Of a stretch of DNA of 64,000 bases, positions 52,757 through 64,000 are shown piece by piece; positions within the stretch are counted from its first letter, which is position 1, and every line of letters starts with the position of its first letter. A program made the position numbers and the translations under genes. The DNA is taken from positions 608,001 to 672,000 of the forward strand of contig OY970340.1 in assembly GCA_963717465.1 (NCBI GenBank). The letters are read 5' to 3'. The notes beneath the pieces were generated by a model. It searched no databases. It was not told where the DNA came from and saw only the letters and a list, made by a program, of their open reading frames with translations. Source of the stretch: Candidatus Bathyarchaeota archaeon (lineage in GTDB: Archaea; Thermoproteota; Bathyarchaeia; Bathyarchaeales; Bathycorpusculaceae).

Positions 52757-53470
52757 CTATTTTTTCCTTGAACCCATTTTTTCGGTAATTTTGATAAACT
52801 GGCTAGAAGGCTTAGCTGTTCCAGCCGTGCTCTTATCAACGGCATCAGCTAATCCTTTTATTTTCTCCATCGGAATTGTTACAATAATGATGTTCTGGTC
52901 CCATCCTGCCATTCTCCTTGCACTTATGTCACCAACAGTAACATTGAAGTTACCTGACACAAGCGGGTAGGTTATGCTGCTCCAACAAAGCGACCCCCTC
53001 ATCTCAAACGACGGAGTCTTGCCATCCCAGAACTGAGCCAACGTAACAAGTCTCGAAACCTGTTCTGCATTCACAAGGAAGATAACTAAATCGGGCACAA
53101 AGACGTTTTTGCTGATCGGATAAAGAAAGACCTTGCTTGCAATACCAATAAGTGGTTTAGCAATCTTCTCAGATTCAATACGCGACCGAGTCGCCGTCTT
53201 AACATCACACCAAAGCTTCTCCCCTTCAACAAGAAATTTAAGCGGTATCTCTACTCTTTCAACAAGCCCAATATGGGTTCTTCCTCCAGGGCAAGAGCAG
53301 GTCTCCTTGGAGAGCATTATCACTTTGCCATCAGCAGCCTCTAATATACCATTACATACAGTATATTGACCCTCAGCAAGCTTGGCTGTAGGGAGATCAT
53401 CGGTGTATTTAACTCCCACTGCTTCCCTTTCAATACCCAGCGCCTCTCTTATTTTCTTAACCGCCTCCAT
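52757..53470 (-). CDS. DUF169 family protein
   Basis: AVGVK...C...CPGG...G, PDLVIF, C...GDISAR. Confidence 0.8.
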   Translation of the reverse strand: MEAVKKIREALGIEREAVGVKYTDDLPTAKLAEGQYTVCNGILEAADGKVIMLSKETCSCPGGRTHIGLVERVEIPLKFLVEGEKLWCDVKTATRSRIESEKIAKPLIGIASKVFLYPISKNVFVPDLVIFLVNAEQVSRLVTLAQFWDGKTPSFEMRGSLCWSSITYPLVSGNFNVTVGDISARRMAGWDQNIIIVTIPMEKIKGLADAVDKSTAGTAKPSSQFIKITEKMGSRKK

Positions 53471-53696
53471 CTTTAAACCATCCTTGAAACTTTAAGGAAA
53501 TACTAGACATGTCGCACATAATCAATTTTTCTCTTCACGCGCTACCTCATTCTTCACTTGCTATTTGCGACTAAATCGAGAGGTCAAAAGTCCTGTGTGC
53601 CAGTAGCAAACGCGTTATAGAAACTTAATCTGGCAAGAGGAGATGGAATTTAACTGGTGGGGATTTGCACTAGCATCGTGACACGCCATAGTGCGT

Positions 53697-53766
53697 TGGA
53701 GTGGACTGACGGGGATTTGAACTCCAGACTTCTTGCTTACAAGTCGAGCGTCCACACCAGGCTGAG
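53697..53766 (-). pseudogene. Degenerate tRNA fragment (tRNA-Ala-like), possible att remnant
   Basis: Reverse complement CTCAGCCTGG...CGCTCGACTTGTAAGC...GTTCAAATCCCCGTCAGTCCACTCCA; stems imperfect, 5-prime end missing. Confidence 0.6.
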
Positions 53767-53834
53767 GTTGAAGCAATCTGCATAATTCTTAAGTACTACT
53801 GCCGTACTACCCCTTTTATGGACGGAATTTAATT

Positions 53835-54116
53835 TTGGGCGAAGAGGTTAAAGTTACAAGAAAATACCAAGTCACCATACCAGAAAGCGTACGTTCCAGA
53901 ATTGGAATTAAAATTGGCGACAAACTCGTTGTAAAATCTGAGGACAAACGCATAATAATGGAGACGACCGCTCATATTAGCAATCCTTCCGATACGCTCT
54001 GGAATCTTTTTGGCAAACCTATGGACATCGACGCGACTCGGCTCGTTGAAGAATCCTGGAACCAACCACACCTCACACAAAAAAGAAAGCGGCCAAGGAA
54101 GCAGAAGGAACACTAA
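53835..54116 (+). CDS. AbrB/MazE-type antitoxin
   Basis: KVTRKYQVTIPESVRSRIGIKIGD. Confidence 0.88.
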   Translation: MGEEVKVTRKYQVTIPESVRSRIGIKIGDKLVVKSEDKRIIMETTAHISNPSDTLWNLFGKPMDIDATRLVEESWNQPHLTQKRKRPRKQKEH

Positions 54117-54551
54117 TTGAGTTACTACGTTGACACTAACATTTTTGACTATTCTGCTTTGGCTCACCCAATCTACGGCAAAGCCTGCAAGCGCATAATC
54201 GACGACATCCAGAACAAAAAAATCGAAGCGAACTGCGGCTTTCTAGTTCCCATAGAACTCCTCGGTTCCCTCGCGAGGATAAACCCTGAAAAGGCAGCCT
54301 TAGCGCTTACGGCGTTTTTCTCACTACCCATAAACATGATACAAATCGACGAAAGAATACTTCAAACCGCAGCCACCATAATGCAAGAATCAAACGTAAG
54401 CTACGACGCTGTTCACGCCGCATGCATGAGGAATAGAGGCTTAGACACGATAATAACAGAAGATTTCGCAGACTGGAAAAAAATCAAAAACGTCAAAATC
54501 ATCCGACCCCTTGAATACTCAAAATTGGCTAAAGTCAAAAAGACTACTTGA
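54117..54551 (+). CDS. VapC PIN toxin
   Basis: YVDTNIF, YDAVHAA, IITED. Confidence 0.88.
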   Translation: MSYYVDTNIFDYSALAHPIYGKACKRIIDDIQNKKIEANCGFLVPIELLGSLARINPEKAALALTAFFSLPINMIQIDERILQTAATIMQESNVSYDAVHAACMRNRGLDTIITEDFADWKKIKNVKIIRPLEYSKLAKVKKTT

Positions 54552-54626
54552 GTGAACAGGGGAATTTGAACCCTATGCACATTAGTGCAATAATGCTTAA
54601 TCTTCAAGCACTTTTCTTTTCTCAAC

Positions 54627-55162
54627 TTAGGCTCTTTTAGCCTTTCGTATCTGCATTTCCTCAGTTAATAGCCAAGTCTTGCCATTGTCATGTGTTTCTT
54701 CAGAACGCCACCGAAAAGACACTGACGTAATTTCAGAAAAATCCACTTCTCTGGAATGTCACTGTTTTGAAGTTCAAGAACAATTTCATCTTTGACCTTG
54801 CGGCCAATAAACATCTGCACTAAGCCTTTAAGAGGAGATAGCCAAGTACTGCGCCAAGCATCAATCTTGGAATCATAAAACCGAATCGTTGTCCCGAAAA
54901 GAACCATTTTGTCTTGGCCTTCAGGACAGCCCATCCAAACATCCTGAATTGCTGACCCGTTTAGAATCCAGCCGAAATGAACCTGCCCTCTCATCTGAAC
55001 CCACGTGCCATCCGCCTGAACATAGCGCGCCTTAACAATATCCCAGTCGCCAATAAACTGGCCAAAAAGCATCAACTTATCAGCGAATTTTGGATCAGGG
55101 CCTTCTGCCGCTAATCCTTCTATTTTCCAATTACCAATCGGTTGCTTAGACATAGTTACCAC
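54627..55162 (-). CDS. Hypothetical beta-barrel protein (DUF1579-like), frameshift near the 3-prime end
   Basis: FGQFIGDW, FGWILNGSAIQDVW, GTTIRFYD. Confidence 0.65.
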
Positions 55163-55399
55163 TTAGACCATAGGTCCTGAATTGTATGCTTCTCAAAGCG
55201 GAATTAAATCTTCCTCATTTTCACTGACGAAAGCAGCTCAACTCTTTTGATATCGCCTGTAAGGAAACCAATACTGCCATCTTTCAATATAGTTGAAAAG
55301 CGATTGGTAGATCAGTGCTCCTTTGCTTAAGATTCGCTTTTACGCAACCCTTAAAACAGTTTTTGCATTATCTGTTGAACCCCACAAAAGCATTCAGAC

Positions 55400-55972
55400 T
55401 TGGGAGGAAGAAGGGACATGCCAGAGAAAATATCCACGTTGGATTTCTGCTTTGAGAATTCGCTTGTCAAAATAGTGGCGAACAGAAATCAACCTGAAAT
55501 TAAACTGGCAGGATTAAAGGTAGGTCCCTTTGACGAAGGAAACGAGTATGAAATTTATTATTGGGCAGCAAAAGAGTTAGCTGCTGCTGGAATAGTTCAT
55601 TTTCGAGAGGATGACTGTTTAGATTCAACCAAACTCTACAAGATCCAGTGGAAAGAAGGCGTACAAATACCTGGACAAATATCCGACTTACCAGAGGATT
55701 TTTACCCGAAACTTCGCCGCTACTTAGCAGACGCAAAAGAAGAACTAACTAAACAACCGATAAAAGCACAGGAATTCGAAAAGACAAAGCATTTGGCTCA
55801 GGACATACTGCAGTTGCGTCTAAAGAAAATAATTGCTTTAGCCTCTGCACCCACACAAAGCGATCAGCTGCGAAAAAAATTCACACCTGAAGAAAAACTG
55901 ATTTTCGAGCAACTCTGCAAACTAATCAACGAGTGGAAAACCAAGATTCTGGAAATTGAACTCGGCAGGTGA
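55400..55972 (+). CDS. GINS23 (Psf2/Psf3-like) subunit
   Basis: N-terminal B domain (GPF...YW.A), LPEDFY, RLKKI, TPEEK; directly upstream of MCM. Confidence 0.82.
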   Translation: MGGRRDMPEKISTLDFCFENSLVKIVANRNQPEIKLAGLKVGPFDEGNEYEIYYWAAKELAAAGIVHFREDDCLDSTKLYKIQWKEGVQIPGQISDLPEDFYPKLRRYLADAKEELTKQPIKAQEFEKTKHLAQDILQLRLKKIIALASAPTQSDQLRKKFTPEEKLIFEQLCKLINEWKTKILEIELGR

Positions 55973-58015
55973 ATTTGATGGCTAAAGAGTTAGAGATGGT
56001 TGACCCTCAAGAACTTTTTCTCGAATTTTTCAAGAAGGAGAAATACCGTCAAAGAATCTCGCAAATGTCGATCACTGGAAAAACATCAGTCACCGTTGAC
56101 TTCGAGGAGCTTTACGGATTTGACCATCAACTCGCAGAACTCCTGCTAAACAAGCCTGAAGAATACCTGCAGCACGCTGGAAACGCAGCCTACGCGCAAC
56201 TGAGGATTCAAGATCCAGAATACGCAGAAAAAATAGAAAAAGTAATAGTTAGAATTCGGCAACTACTTGGAAGAGAACAGCTGCGAAAACTCGGCTCAAA
56301 ACAAATGAGCAAACTAATAATGGTTGAAGGCATAGTAGTCAGAGCCACACCAGTACGCCCAATGGTTTTGCAAGGAGCATTCAAATGCAAAAGATGCGGA
56401 ACAATCAACAAAGTAGAACAAACAGGACAATTCCTCAAAGCACCCGCAGTCTGCGCAAGCACCTGATTGTGGAAAAGATGGACCATTCGAATTCGTCCAG
56501 GAAGAATCAACATTCATAGATTCACAAGACATACGTCTACAAGAAAGACCCGAAGAACTCCCACCAGGACAACTTCCACGCACCCTAAGCGTTAAACTTG
56601 TCGGCGATGAAATAGTGGATGTTGCAAGACCAGGCGACCACGTTTCAATAGTCGGAACCGTACGAGCCTTCGCCCCTTCACTAATGGGAATGGGAAAACT
56701 CCGCACATTCATCCTCCAATTAGATGCAAACTCAATAGAAGTCTTAGGAAAAGAACCAGAAACATCACCTCCAACCCCAGAAGAAGAAGAAAAAATCAAA
56801 GCTCTCTCAAAAGACCCATGGGTGCACAGAAAAATAATCAGATCAATCGCACCCTCAATCTTCGGCTATGAACACATTAAAGAAGCAATAATGTACCTGC
56901 TTTTCGGCGGAGTATCAAAAAGCCTTCCAGACATAACCATAAGAGGAGAAATGAATGCTCTTTTAATCGGTGATCCAGGCACAGCCAAATCACAACTCTT
57001 ACAGTACATAGCAAGAATAGCGCCAAGAGGATTATACACTTCAGGAAGAGGAACAACCGCAGCAGGCTTAACCGCCGCAGTCGTCCGAGAAAAAGGCGGA
57101 AGCATGTCGCTGGAGGCGGGAGCTCTCGTGCTAGCCGACAAAGGAATTGCCTGCATTGACGAAATGGATAAAATGCGTCCTGAAGACCGAGTTGCAATCC
57201 ACGAAGCTATGGAACAGCACACGGTTTCAGTTGCAAAAGGAGGCATCGTCGCCACTTTGAACGCTCGAACCGCAATTCTTGCAGCAGCCAACCCATCTTT
57301 AGGCAGATATGAACCGAACAGGACAGTTGCAGAAAACATTTCACTGCCAGTCACTATCCTGTCACGATTTGACTTGATTTTTGTTTTACGAGATGTGCCT
57401 AACAAAGATTCAGACGGAAAAATGTCAAAACATATTCTTGAAATTCACCGAAAAGGAGAAAGCCCCGTAGAAGCACAAGTAGATTCAGACTTATTGCGAA
57501 AGTATGTCAGTTACGCCAAAGGAATTAAGCCAGTGTTAAGTGAAGAAGCTGAGAAACGACTAAGCAACTTCTACTTAGCCATGCGTGGAGCCAGTGAAAC
57601 AGAAGGTTCACCAGTTGCAATTACTGCACGTCAACTTGAATCACTTGTCCGAGTATCTGAAGCAAGAGCACGTGTCGCTCTACGAAAAGAAGTAACCGCT
57701 GAAGACGCTGAAGCAGCAATCGCAATAATGAAACGGTCCCTGGAAGAAGTTGGAATAGACTTATCCTCATACAAAGTTGACATCGACCTAATCATGACGG
57801 GCAAACCAAAGAGCATCAGAGACAGATTACACATAGTTATTTCAGTACTGATGGAAATGGAGAAAGAAAGCGGCATAGTTGAAAAAGACAGACTAGTGAC
57901 TGAGTTGGAGACAAAACACAACATTCCAAGAGGCGAAATTGAACGCATGATAAGCCAACTACTACGCGAAGGCACAATCTATGAACCACGAGAAGGATGC
58001 CTAAAGAAAACCTAA
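55969..58015 (+). CDS. mcm: MCM replicative helicase (frameshift near 56460)
   Basis: Zn finger, GDPGTAKSQ, IDEMDKM, LSRFD, TARQLE. Confidence 0.97.
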
Positions 58016-58054
58016 AAACAAGCAATAAAACAGCAATACGAAATGCTTAGGATT

Positions 58055-58828
58055 TTAAGAAATATAAGTGGTTTTTTTATCTTCTTCTTTTCTTGTTTCT
58101 TCTGCTTGAATAGCTCTTTTTTCTTCAATCTGTTGCAGGCGAGTCACCATGGTATCAGCTTTTGCGATTTCCTTATCTAAGCCAGTTAAGTCTAATTCAA
58201 AGTTGAAAGCTGACCTCAAAATTCCAAAACACTTTTTGCCGCCAAAGGATCAGGCAGATAACCTCGTGTTTCACCTAAAAGGCAAAGAGCATCAATTTTC
58301 TTGAAACGAGATAACCCAAGTATTAATCCTGCTGTGCCCACAATTGGACTTCCAGAACTGCTTAATACTGCTCCTGCTTGAATAGCTTTATCCAAGAGTT
58401 CCTTTGAGGTTGCTGCAATGTACACTTTTGGTTTTTCTTTTGATTCCATTCGATAGCCGCCTATAGTCACGATTGTTTTCACGTTATGTTTTTGCGAGAA
58501 ATCAAGCATTGTGTCGGCGATTTCGTATTGACCTTCAATTGTTTGCGATTGGCTATCTCCAGTGAATAGGATTAAATCGTTTGTTTCATTAGGGTTTTTC
58601 CAGATAGTAGAATGTTCCACGCAGCAGACGCACATTTCCTTTTTTGTTAACAAGAACAAAATATGGAAAGTGCGGAGAATAAAGATGAGCGATTCTTTTA
58701 GCGTTTAATTGTTTGATTAGGTAACGGATGGCTATTTTGCCTACAAGCCCTAATCCTGGAAGCCCTTCAATAAGAACGGGATTATTTGGTTCGATTTGCT
58801 CGAATTCTTTAATGTATGTTTCCTTCAT
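58055..58828 (-). CDS. PAC2 family proteasome assembly chaperone (two frameshifts)
   Basis: EGLPGLGLVGK, GDSQ, IGGY, CLLGET.GY..DP. Confidence 0.88.
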
Positions 58829-58994
58829 TCTGAACTGCACTCCTTTTCATAGCCATTCGATACTTTAGATACTTGTCATCAGGCGAAAATTTTGCTGGAT
58901 GCGGAATTCGAACGTTACCACCACAATAAGGGCAATTATTCTTGTTTAACGTGTACTTTTGGCATTTAACGCATTTTCGTAAAAGCCAAACCAA
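58809..58994 (-). CDS. nop10: H/ACA RNP protein Nop10
   Basis: CxxC..YTL...CPYCG...HPAKFSPDDKY. Confidence 0.93.
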   Translation of the reverse strand: MVWLLRKCVKCQKYTLNKNNCPYCGGNVRIPHPAKFSPDDKYLKYRMAMKRSAVQNEGNIH

Positions 58995-59780
58995 CTATTT
59001 TTCCCTTCTAAAAGTGCCTTGTCCGCCAGCTTTGGTGATGTTTGACAAAACATTTTGTGCAGATTTTTGCAGAACATCTTCTGCTCGCTTGTAATCTTCA
59101 GCTAATGCTTCAATGCTGTATTTTGGTGCTGCAATAACATAGAATCTTACCGCCGCATTTTTCTTTTCAGACTTAGCTTTTAGGAATGCATCTTTTATAA
59201 TTTTTACTCCGTTAGGTTTCATGCAACGAATTTCAAGAACACCTTTCACTTTAACCATTTTAACCTGCATTCGTTCTTCAGCTACTTCTGCAAAAGCTTT
59301 GGCAATATTTTCGGGAACACCAATTTTCGTTAACGCTTCAGGCCCATCAATAACTGACTTTTTCAAAGCCCTCATACAATCCAAATTTTTCTTCCACTAA
59401 TGCTCCTGCTTTCTCATAAACTTCATCAGTGGTCAATCCAACTTTTTCTGCAACACCCCGGAGTAGCGCTTCTGCTTTTCTTTCTTTTTTCCACGAAAGA
59501 ACTTTTTCGATTCTTTCTCTTTTAGTAACTCGTCCTAAGCGAAAGGTCAATGTGTCCTTTTTCTAGGTCAACTCTTAAAACTTTAAGAACCATTTTTTGT
59601 CCTTCTCGGACAAAATCTCTGATGTTTCTTATCCAAGAAGAAGAAATTTCAGAAACATGAAGCAAGCCCTCGTTTATCGTACTCGTCAAGTTTAGCGTAA
59701 GCACCATAATCAGTTACAGTTTCTATAGTGGCAATTATTAAATCTCCAGTTTCTGGCCATTCAGGCTTACGCTCAGCCAT
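58995..59780 (-). CDS. eif2a: Translation initiation factor 2 alpha (frameshifts)
   Basis: S1 domain, HVSEISSSWIRNIRD, GHIDLSL, AAPKY. Confidence 0.93.
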
Positions 59781-59795
59781 TTTAAATTTCACTTC

Positions 59796-59993
59796 TTATT
59801 CGAGAACTGCTTGAATTTCCCCTTTAATTTTTGCTTTGCCGCCTGTTGGTTCAGCAAGTGTTTCACCGCACACGTTACAGGTGACTTTGTTGACGGCGTT
59901 GCTGAAGACTAATTGTTCGTTTCCGCATTTTAAGCATTTTACTCGCAGGAAGCTACTTTGTGGTTTGGGAATAAACTTGTTCCATTCAGTCAT
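59796..59993 (-). CDS. rps27e: 30S ribosomal protein S27e
   Basis: [13 protein letters not shown]...CNVCG...PTGGKA. Confidence 0.95.
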   Translation of the reverse strand: MTEWNKFIPKPQSSFLRVKCLKCGNEQLVFSNAVNKVTCNVCGETLAEPTGGKAKIKGEIQAVLE

Positions 59994-60010
59994 AACTTTT
60001 TCTCCATTAA

Positions 60011-60286
60011 TTATTGAATAACCAGTTTTCTTAGGCGAATTCCATCTTTATGCCGCATGAAACCACAGACTTTGCATTTTAAGCGCAGAGTTTGTTTTTT
60101 TGTGGTTTTAGCGAATTCTCTTTGAAGAGGATATTTTTGTCCACCGTACCCTTTTTTTTCTCGTTCATGGTGGCGTTCGCCTTTAGCTAAGGCTCTTCGT
60201 TTTCCAGCCTTGTATAGAGTAACTGCGTGAACTTGATGAGTTTTGCATTTCGGACAGTAAGTCTTAACTTCCTTGGGAACATTCAA
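60011..60286 (-). CDS. rpl44e: 50S ribosomal protein L44e (eL42)
   Basis: TYCPKCKTH...GYGGQ...KTTKK...C..CG. Confidence 0.95.
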   Translation of the reverse strand: MNVPKEVKTYCPKCKTHQVHAVTLYKAGKRRALAKGERHHEREKKGYGGQKYPLQREFAKTTKKQTLRLKCKVCGFMRHKDGIRLRKLVIQ

Positions 60287-60502
60287 TTTAAACACACCGA
60301 CTTTGCATAGAAGTAACGTACGCATTCTTATACTTTTTCGCTTTTTAACAAAAAAGCATGTTTTAGACGTGTATTTTCACTTTTACGGAGATTGAAGAAC
60401 ATCTCCATTTGAAGGCTGCTTAAATAAGCAAGTACTTTTTTCAATGTATCCATGCATGATTAATGCTAATAACATGTAAGGAAAAAGACCTCTTAAGGAT
60501 TC

Positions 60503-61051
60503 TTAAGAGGTTTCAATTAATTCAGCTATGCCTTGTTTAACCAAGAGTTTAGCGTTTTCAATAGGCACAGAAGCAACATCCTCTACTGCAAACGGTCCAT
60601 AGGTCTTCATATCAGCACCTATAATTGCTGGAACGGTTTTCGCGAACCGCAGACTTGCTCGTTTATGAGGCACCTCCACGTCAACCTTTGAAATTTGCCC
60701 CTGCAAAAGTCCTTTAGCGAATTTTTGATAACCATCCGTAAAAGGAACAAAAAGCTCAAAAATCTTGGCTTCTTCGAGAGCCAAAAGTTCCGAGTTTACT
60801 TTTTGACTGTCATGCGTCATCTTAACAAGCTTCTTGTACCGCAGCCAAACCAGTTCATTAAGCATGCGCTTAACATGCGTCAGTTCATGTTCAAGCAACG
60901 TTGCTTTGATCGATTTTCGGTCAAGCATTCTGTTCTCTTCTTTGATTCTTTTCAAGTAATCAGCAATTCGAACATAGAAATCAGATGGCAAGGCTCCAAG
61001 CGCATGATCTTGGGTTTCGCGTTGCCAAACAGCATACAGTTCATCATACAT
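60503..61051 (-). CDS. GINS15 (Gins51) subunit
   Basis: LPSDFY, RYKKL, C-terminal B domain IIGADMKTYGPF; follows priS. Confidence 0.85.
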   Translation of the reverse strand: MYDELYAVWQRETQDHALGALPSDFYVRIADYLKRIKEENRMLDRKSIKATLLEHELTHVKRMLNELVWLRYKKLVKMTHDSQKVNSELLALEEAKIFELFVPFTDGYQKFAKGLLQGQISKVDVEVPHKRASLRFAKTVPAIIGADMKTYGPFAVEDVASVPIENAKLLVKQGIAELIETS

Positions 61052-62279
61052 TCAATTTGTCACCTCTGCTCTACCTTTGCAGATAAGCATAACTGCGGCT
61101 GCTACGGGCAAATCAACTGTTTCATTTTTGTAAGGACCCAAGGTTTCTCCGCCCAATCTAAATTCTGGAGCATCAGAGACTAACACTTTCGCTTTTCCCT
61201 TTTTAAAAACTACGGCTTCAGTGAAGGGATCAAAATCATGCAAATGCTTAGCTGGAAACTCGATTTTTTTTAATCCAGTCTTACCATGTAAAGTTCCATT
61301 CATTCTAATTAAGCGATGAATATCCGTCGTGACAACAGTGTCAATCTTTGAGGTTTGAGCTTCTTTAACATGTAGAGCCATCTTTTTCCATGAACTATCA
61401 CCAAGTTTATTCACGCCGCCCCAGACGCCATCTGTTAAACTCCTTTGTAATATTTTTTCTTTATTTCCAACAATTAAACTGGTAGTAGGCTCTTTCAACC
61501 CAATATTTTTTAAGTCTTCCTTTGTGGCATTACGGATAAAAACTTGCATGCCATCCTTAATCCGCTTATCCCACCCAGCATCAGCCAGCTTGAATCCTTG
61601 GGAAGACTTTTTCGCTTTTACCTTACTATCTTTTTCAAACAATGATAAACCTACACCTGTAACGTAATCAGCAATTTCTTTTCTAGCCAAGCCATCCAGA
61701 GTTCTTATTGATTCGTCTTCAACATGCACATGATAACCACGGTGACCAGAAAAAAACACGCGAATTTCGTCTAAGCTGAACCCAAAATCTTTTTCCAACA
61801 TGTCTATCAGCTTGCCAGTCTCCTCTCTAGCTGACTGCAAACAAAGATCACAAGGCCAAGTTTTAGTTTCAAATTTTTGTCCTTCACACGCAGGGCAAAC
61901 TTCCGGAGCTAATCCTTTACCGCTAAAGCCACATTTCCCGCATTTGAATTCGTCATGGATTTTGTTGCAGAGGGTGGGAATGTGGTCAGCGTCGATGTCG
62001 AAAACTAAGTCAGCGCCAGTCCAGCCTTTCTTTTCCATATCGTAGTCTGGGTTTTCATAATAAGCGCATGAATGGTAAACGTCTGATGGCGCAAACTGTC
62101 TCAGTACCGCCATAAAATCTTCGATCTTGTTAAATCTTTTATGCCTAATCATAAAACGCTCTTTAAACATTAAATAAGCAAATTCTCGTTGATTCAAAGT
62201 AACCGGCGAAGGAATACTTAGTAGAGGAATCGCGGTAATATTCACAAAATTTTGAATAAACAAAGTCTCGAGAAGACAT
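61052..62279 (-). CDS. priS: DNA primase small subunit (frameshift near the N-terminus)
   Basis: REFA, LVFDIDAD, FSGHRGYH, IDTVVTTDIHRLIR. Confidence 0.95.
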
Positions 62280-62456
62280 TACCACTTCCTCTTTCAACGC
62301 CCGTTACTAATGGATTAGAACAAGAATTTAACTTATTCCACATTACCTGCGAATTCACAAATCACTATTTAGTTGAAAAGAATTTTCAAATTAGCCATCC
62401 TTTAAGGTTAAGCATTACAACTGTTGAAGCGAAAAAGCATGAGTCAATGTGGTATG

Positions 62457-63197
62457 TTAGTTGTTAAGTAATACTTTAAGGATGTAGGATAAGTAGCTTT
62501 TAAATTCAACTGATGTTAGCTTTGATTTTCCACGTTTCCTGTTTACGAAACAAATTGGAGATTCATTAACTTTGAAATCCCTTATAGACGCTTGCCTTAT
62601 TGTTTCAATTTGAATTTCATAGGTTTGACTATGCAAGCTGCTAATAACAACTTTTAGAAAATCCGTAGAATAACATCTGAAACCGCTAGTGCAATCATGA
62701 AGATCTAAATTGAAACAAAATTGGGCGATTGCGTTTGCTGTACGGCTGATGACTTTTCTGGTTAGGGGCCAACCTCTTATTTCGCCACCTTTAATGTATC
62801 TGCTTCCTATCGTAATGCCGCAGCCATTTTTCATTGTAGATACCAATTGAGGTATTACTTGTGGATTATGTGAATAATCAGCATCCATCGTAATAACATA
62901 CTTTGGAACATGAGGTAAATTCAGGAAAATCTTGAAACCATCTGTTATGGCGGAGCCTAAACCTAATTTTTTAGGTCTATTATAAAGAAGAATATTGCCA
63001 TATTCCTTTTGCAAATTTAATACTTTTTCAGCTGTTTTATCTGGACTTGAATCATCAATAACTAGAATGCTAGTTTTAAATTTTAAATTTTCAATTTCAT
63101 GAATTAAATTCTCAATATTTTCCTCTTCACGATAAGTAGGAAGAAGTACACCAACCTCTGAATCAACCGCCAAGTTACCATTTACCGCGTAACCCAT
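62457..63197 (-). CDS. Polyprenol-phosphate mannose synthase-like GT2
   Basis: PTYREEEN, DDSSPDKT, MDADYSH, DCTSGFR. Confidence 0.88.
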   Translation of the reverse strand: MGYAVNGNLAVDSEVGVLLPTYREEENIENLIHEIENLKFKTSILVIDDSSPDKTAEKVLNLQKEYGNILLYNRPKKLGLGSAITDGFKIFLNLPHVPKYVITMDADYSHNPQVIPQLVSTMKNGCGITIGSRYIKGGEIRGWPLTRKVISRTANAIAQFCFNLDLHDCTSGFRCYSTDFLKVVISSLHSQTYEIQIETIRQASIRDFKVNESPICFVNRKRGKSKLTSVEFKSYLSYILKVLLNN

Positions 63198-63525
63198 GAA
63201 TACCTACTCACTCAGTTAGTACCTAGTTGCTGTATTAGCAAGTTTACATTACCTTATAAATCTTAACAAATATAAGAAAAGAAGAGACCGCTATAAAGCT
63301 TATTTCTCGTTTATAATACGTTTATGTTATGCATGGGACAGCAAATTTGCGACCGGAAAACATCGCTAACCTAGCAACTTACTAGTTAATATGCGGTATC
63401 GAATATATCAATCTTCTCAGACTTTAGCACAGACTTTAGTAACTTTTAACTTATACTAAAGTAATCAGACAGTAGATGGCTGTTGCAAATGCAGGTGAGT
63501 TAGTATTCCTGTAACCATATCGGAC

Positions 63526-64000
63526 ATGGCGAAATACCCTTTCTTGCCACAAGCAAGAGACCATATTGCTAAGTCTGAATTAGACTATAGAACGCTTGTT
63601 GAGTTGCCTCGCGTAAGAGAGAGAGCAAAACAAAGAATCAAAGCATCTTTCGATCCATCACAACTGTCTACTCAGCTCATGAATGATGAAACAGAGATAG
63701 CATCCTTTCCTTTAGCTATTTTATACGTTGCCGGAGTAGGTGATCGCAGGTTAATTGAACGTTTTGCCTTATTCGAAGCACAACGTATTAACAATCATCT
63801 CAAAGAAGAGCAACGGGCAGATGTAATTCTTGAAATCGCCAAAGCATTCAAATGGAAAATAAATAACGATAAGAACGGGCAAGTTTTAGCTTCCTTTTCT
63901 AAATACCTTGAGAGTACGGCAAAGGGAAGGCTGTTGCATGTTCCCAAATGGAAACTAGTAAATAGAGCACTTGATAAGGGGTGGGTTTCAGTAACTCCCG
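63526..64000 (+). CDS. priL: DNA primase large subunit, 5-prime part
   Basis: MAKYPFLPQA...RAKQRI...EIASFPLA...RFALFEA...KWKLVNRALDKGWV. Confidence 0.85.
   Translation, partial: MAKYPFLPQARDHIAKSELDYRTLVELPRVRERAKQRIKASFDPSQLSTQLMNDETEIASFPLAILYVAGVGDRRLIERFALFEAQRINNHLKEEQRADVILEIAKAFKWKINNDKNGQVLASFSKYLESTAKGRLLHVPKWKLVNRALDKGWVSVTP

Overview
Chromosomal segment of an archaeon, most likely Bathyarchaeia (inferred from the GINS-MCM pair, the priS-gins15-rpl44e-rps27e-aIF2a-nop10-PAC2 cluster, RFC, Taw1 and eL22-like genes). Many essential genes carry single-base frameshifts, which points to uncorrected long-read indels rather than real pseudogenes. Top finding: a cytoplasmic Mo/W-bisPGD oxidoreductase (8633-10949) has an in-frame TGA at the position of the metal-ligating Cys, immediately followed by a GC-rich hairpin shaped like a bacterial-type SECIS. 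This is a candidate selenoprotein using bacterial-style recoding in an archaeon. Other findings: antitoxin-VapC cassettes separated by tRNA 3-prime fragments without an integrase; a bacterial-type Cys/Met biosynthesis cluster sharing a palindromic operator (ATAAC-N3-GTTAT); an operon of a PLP enzyme, a DgcN-like and a MurL-like protein; two deoxyhypusine synthase paralogs; duplicated eL22-like genes; and a catalytically dead nucleotide-sugar dehydrogenase. Family assignments come from motif recognition by eye, not from database searches.
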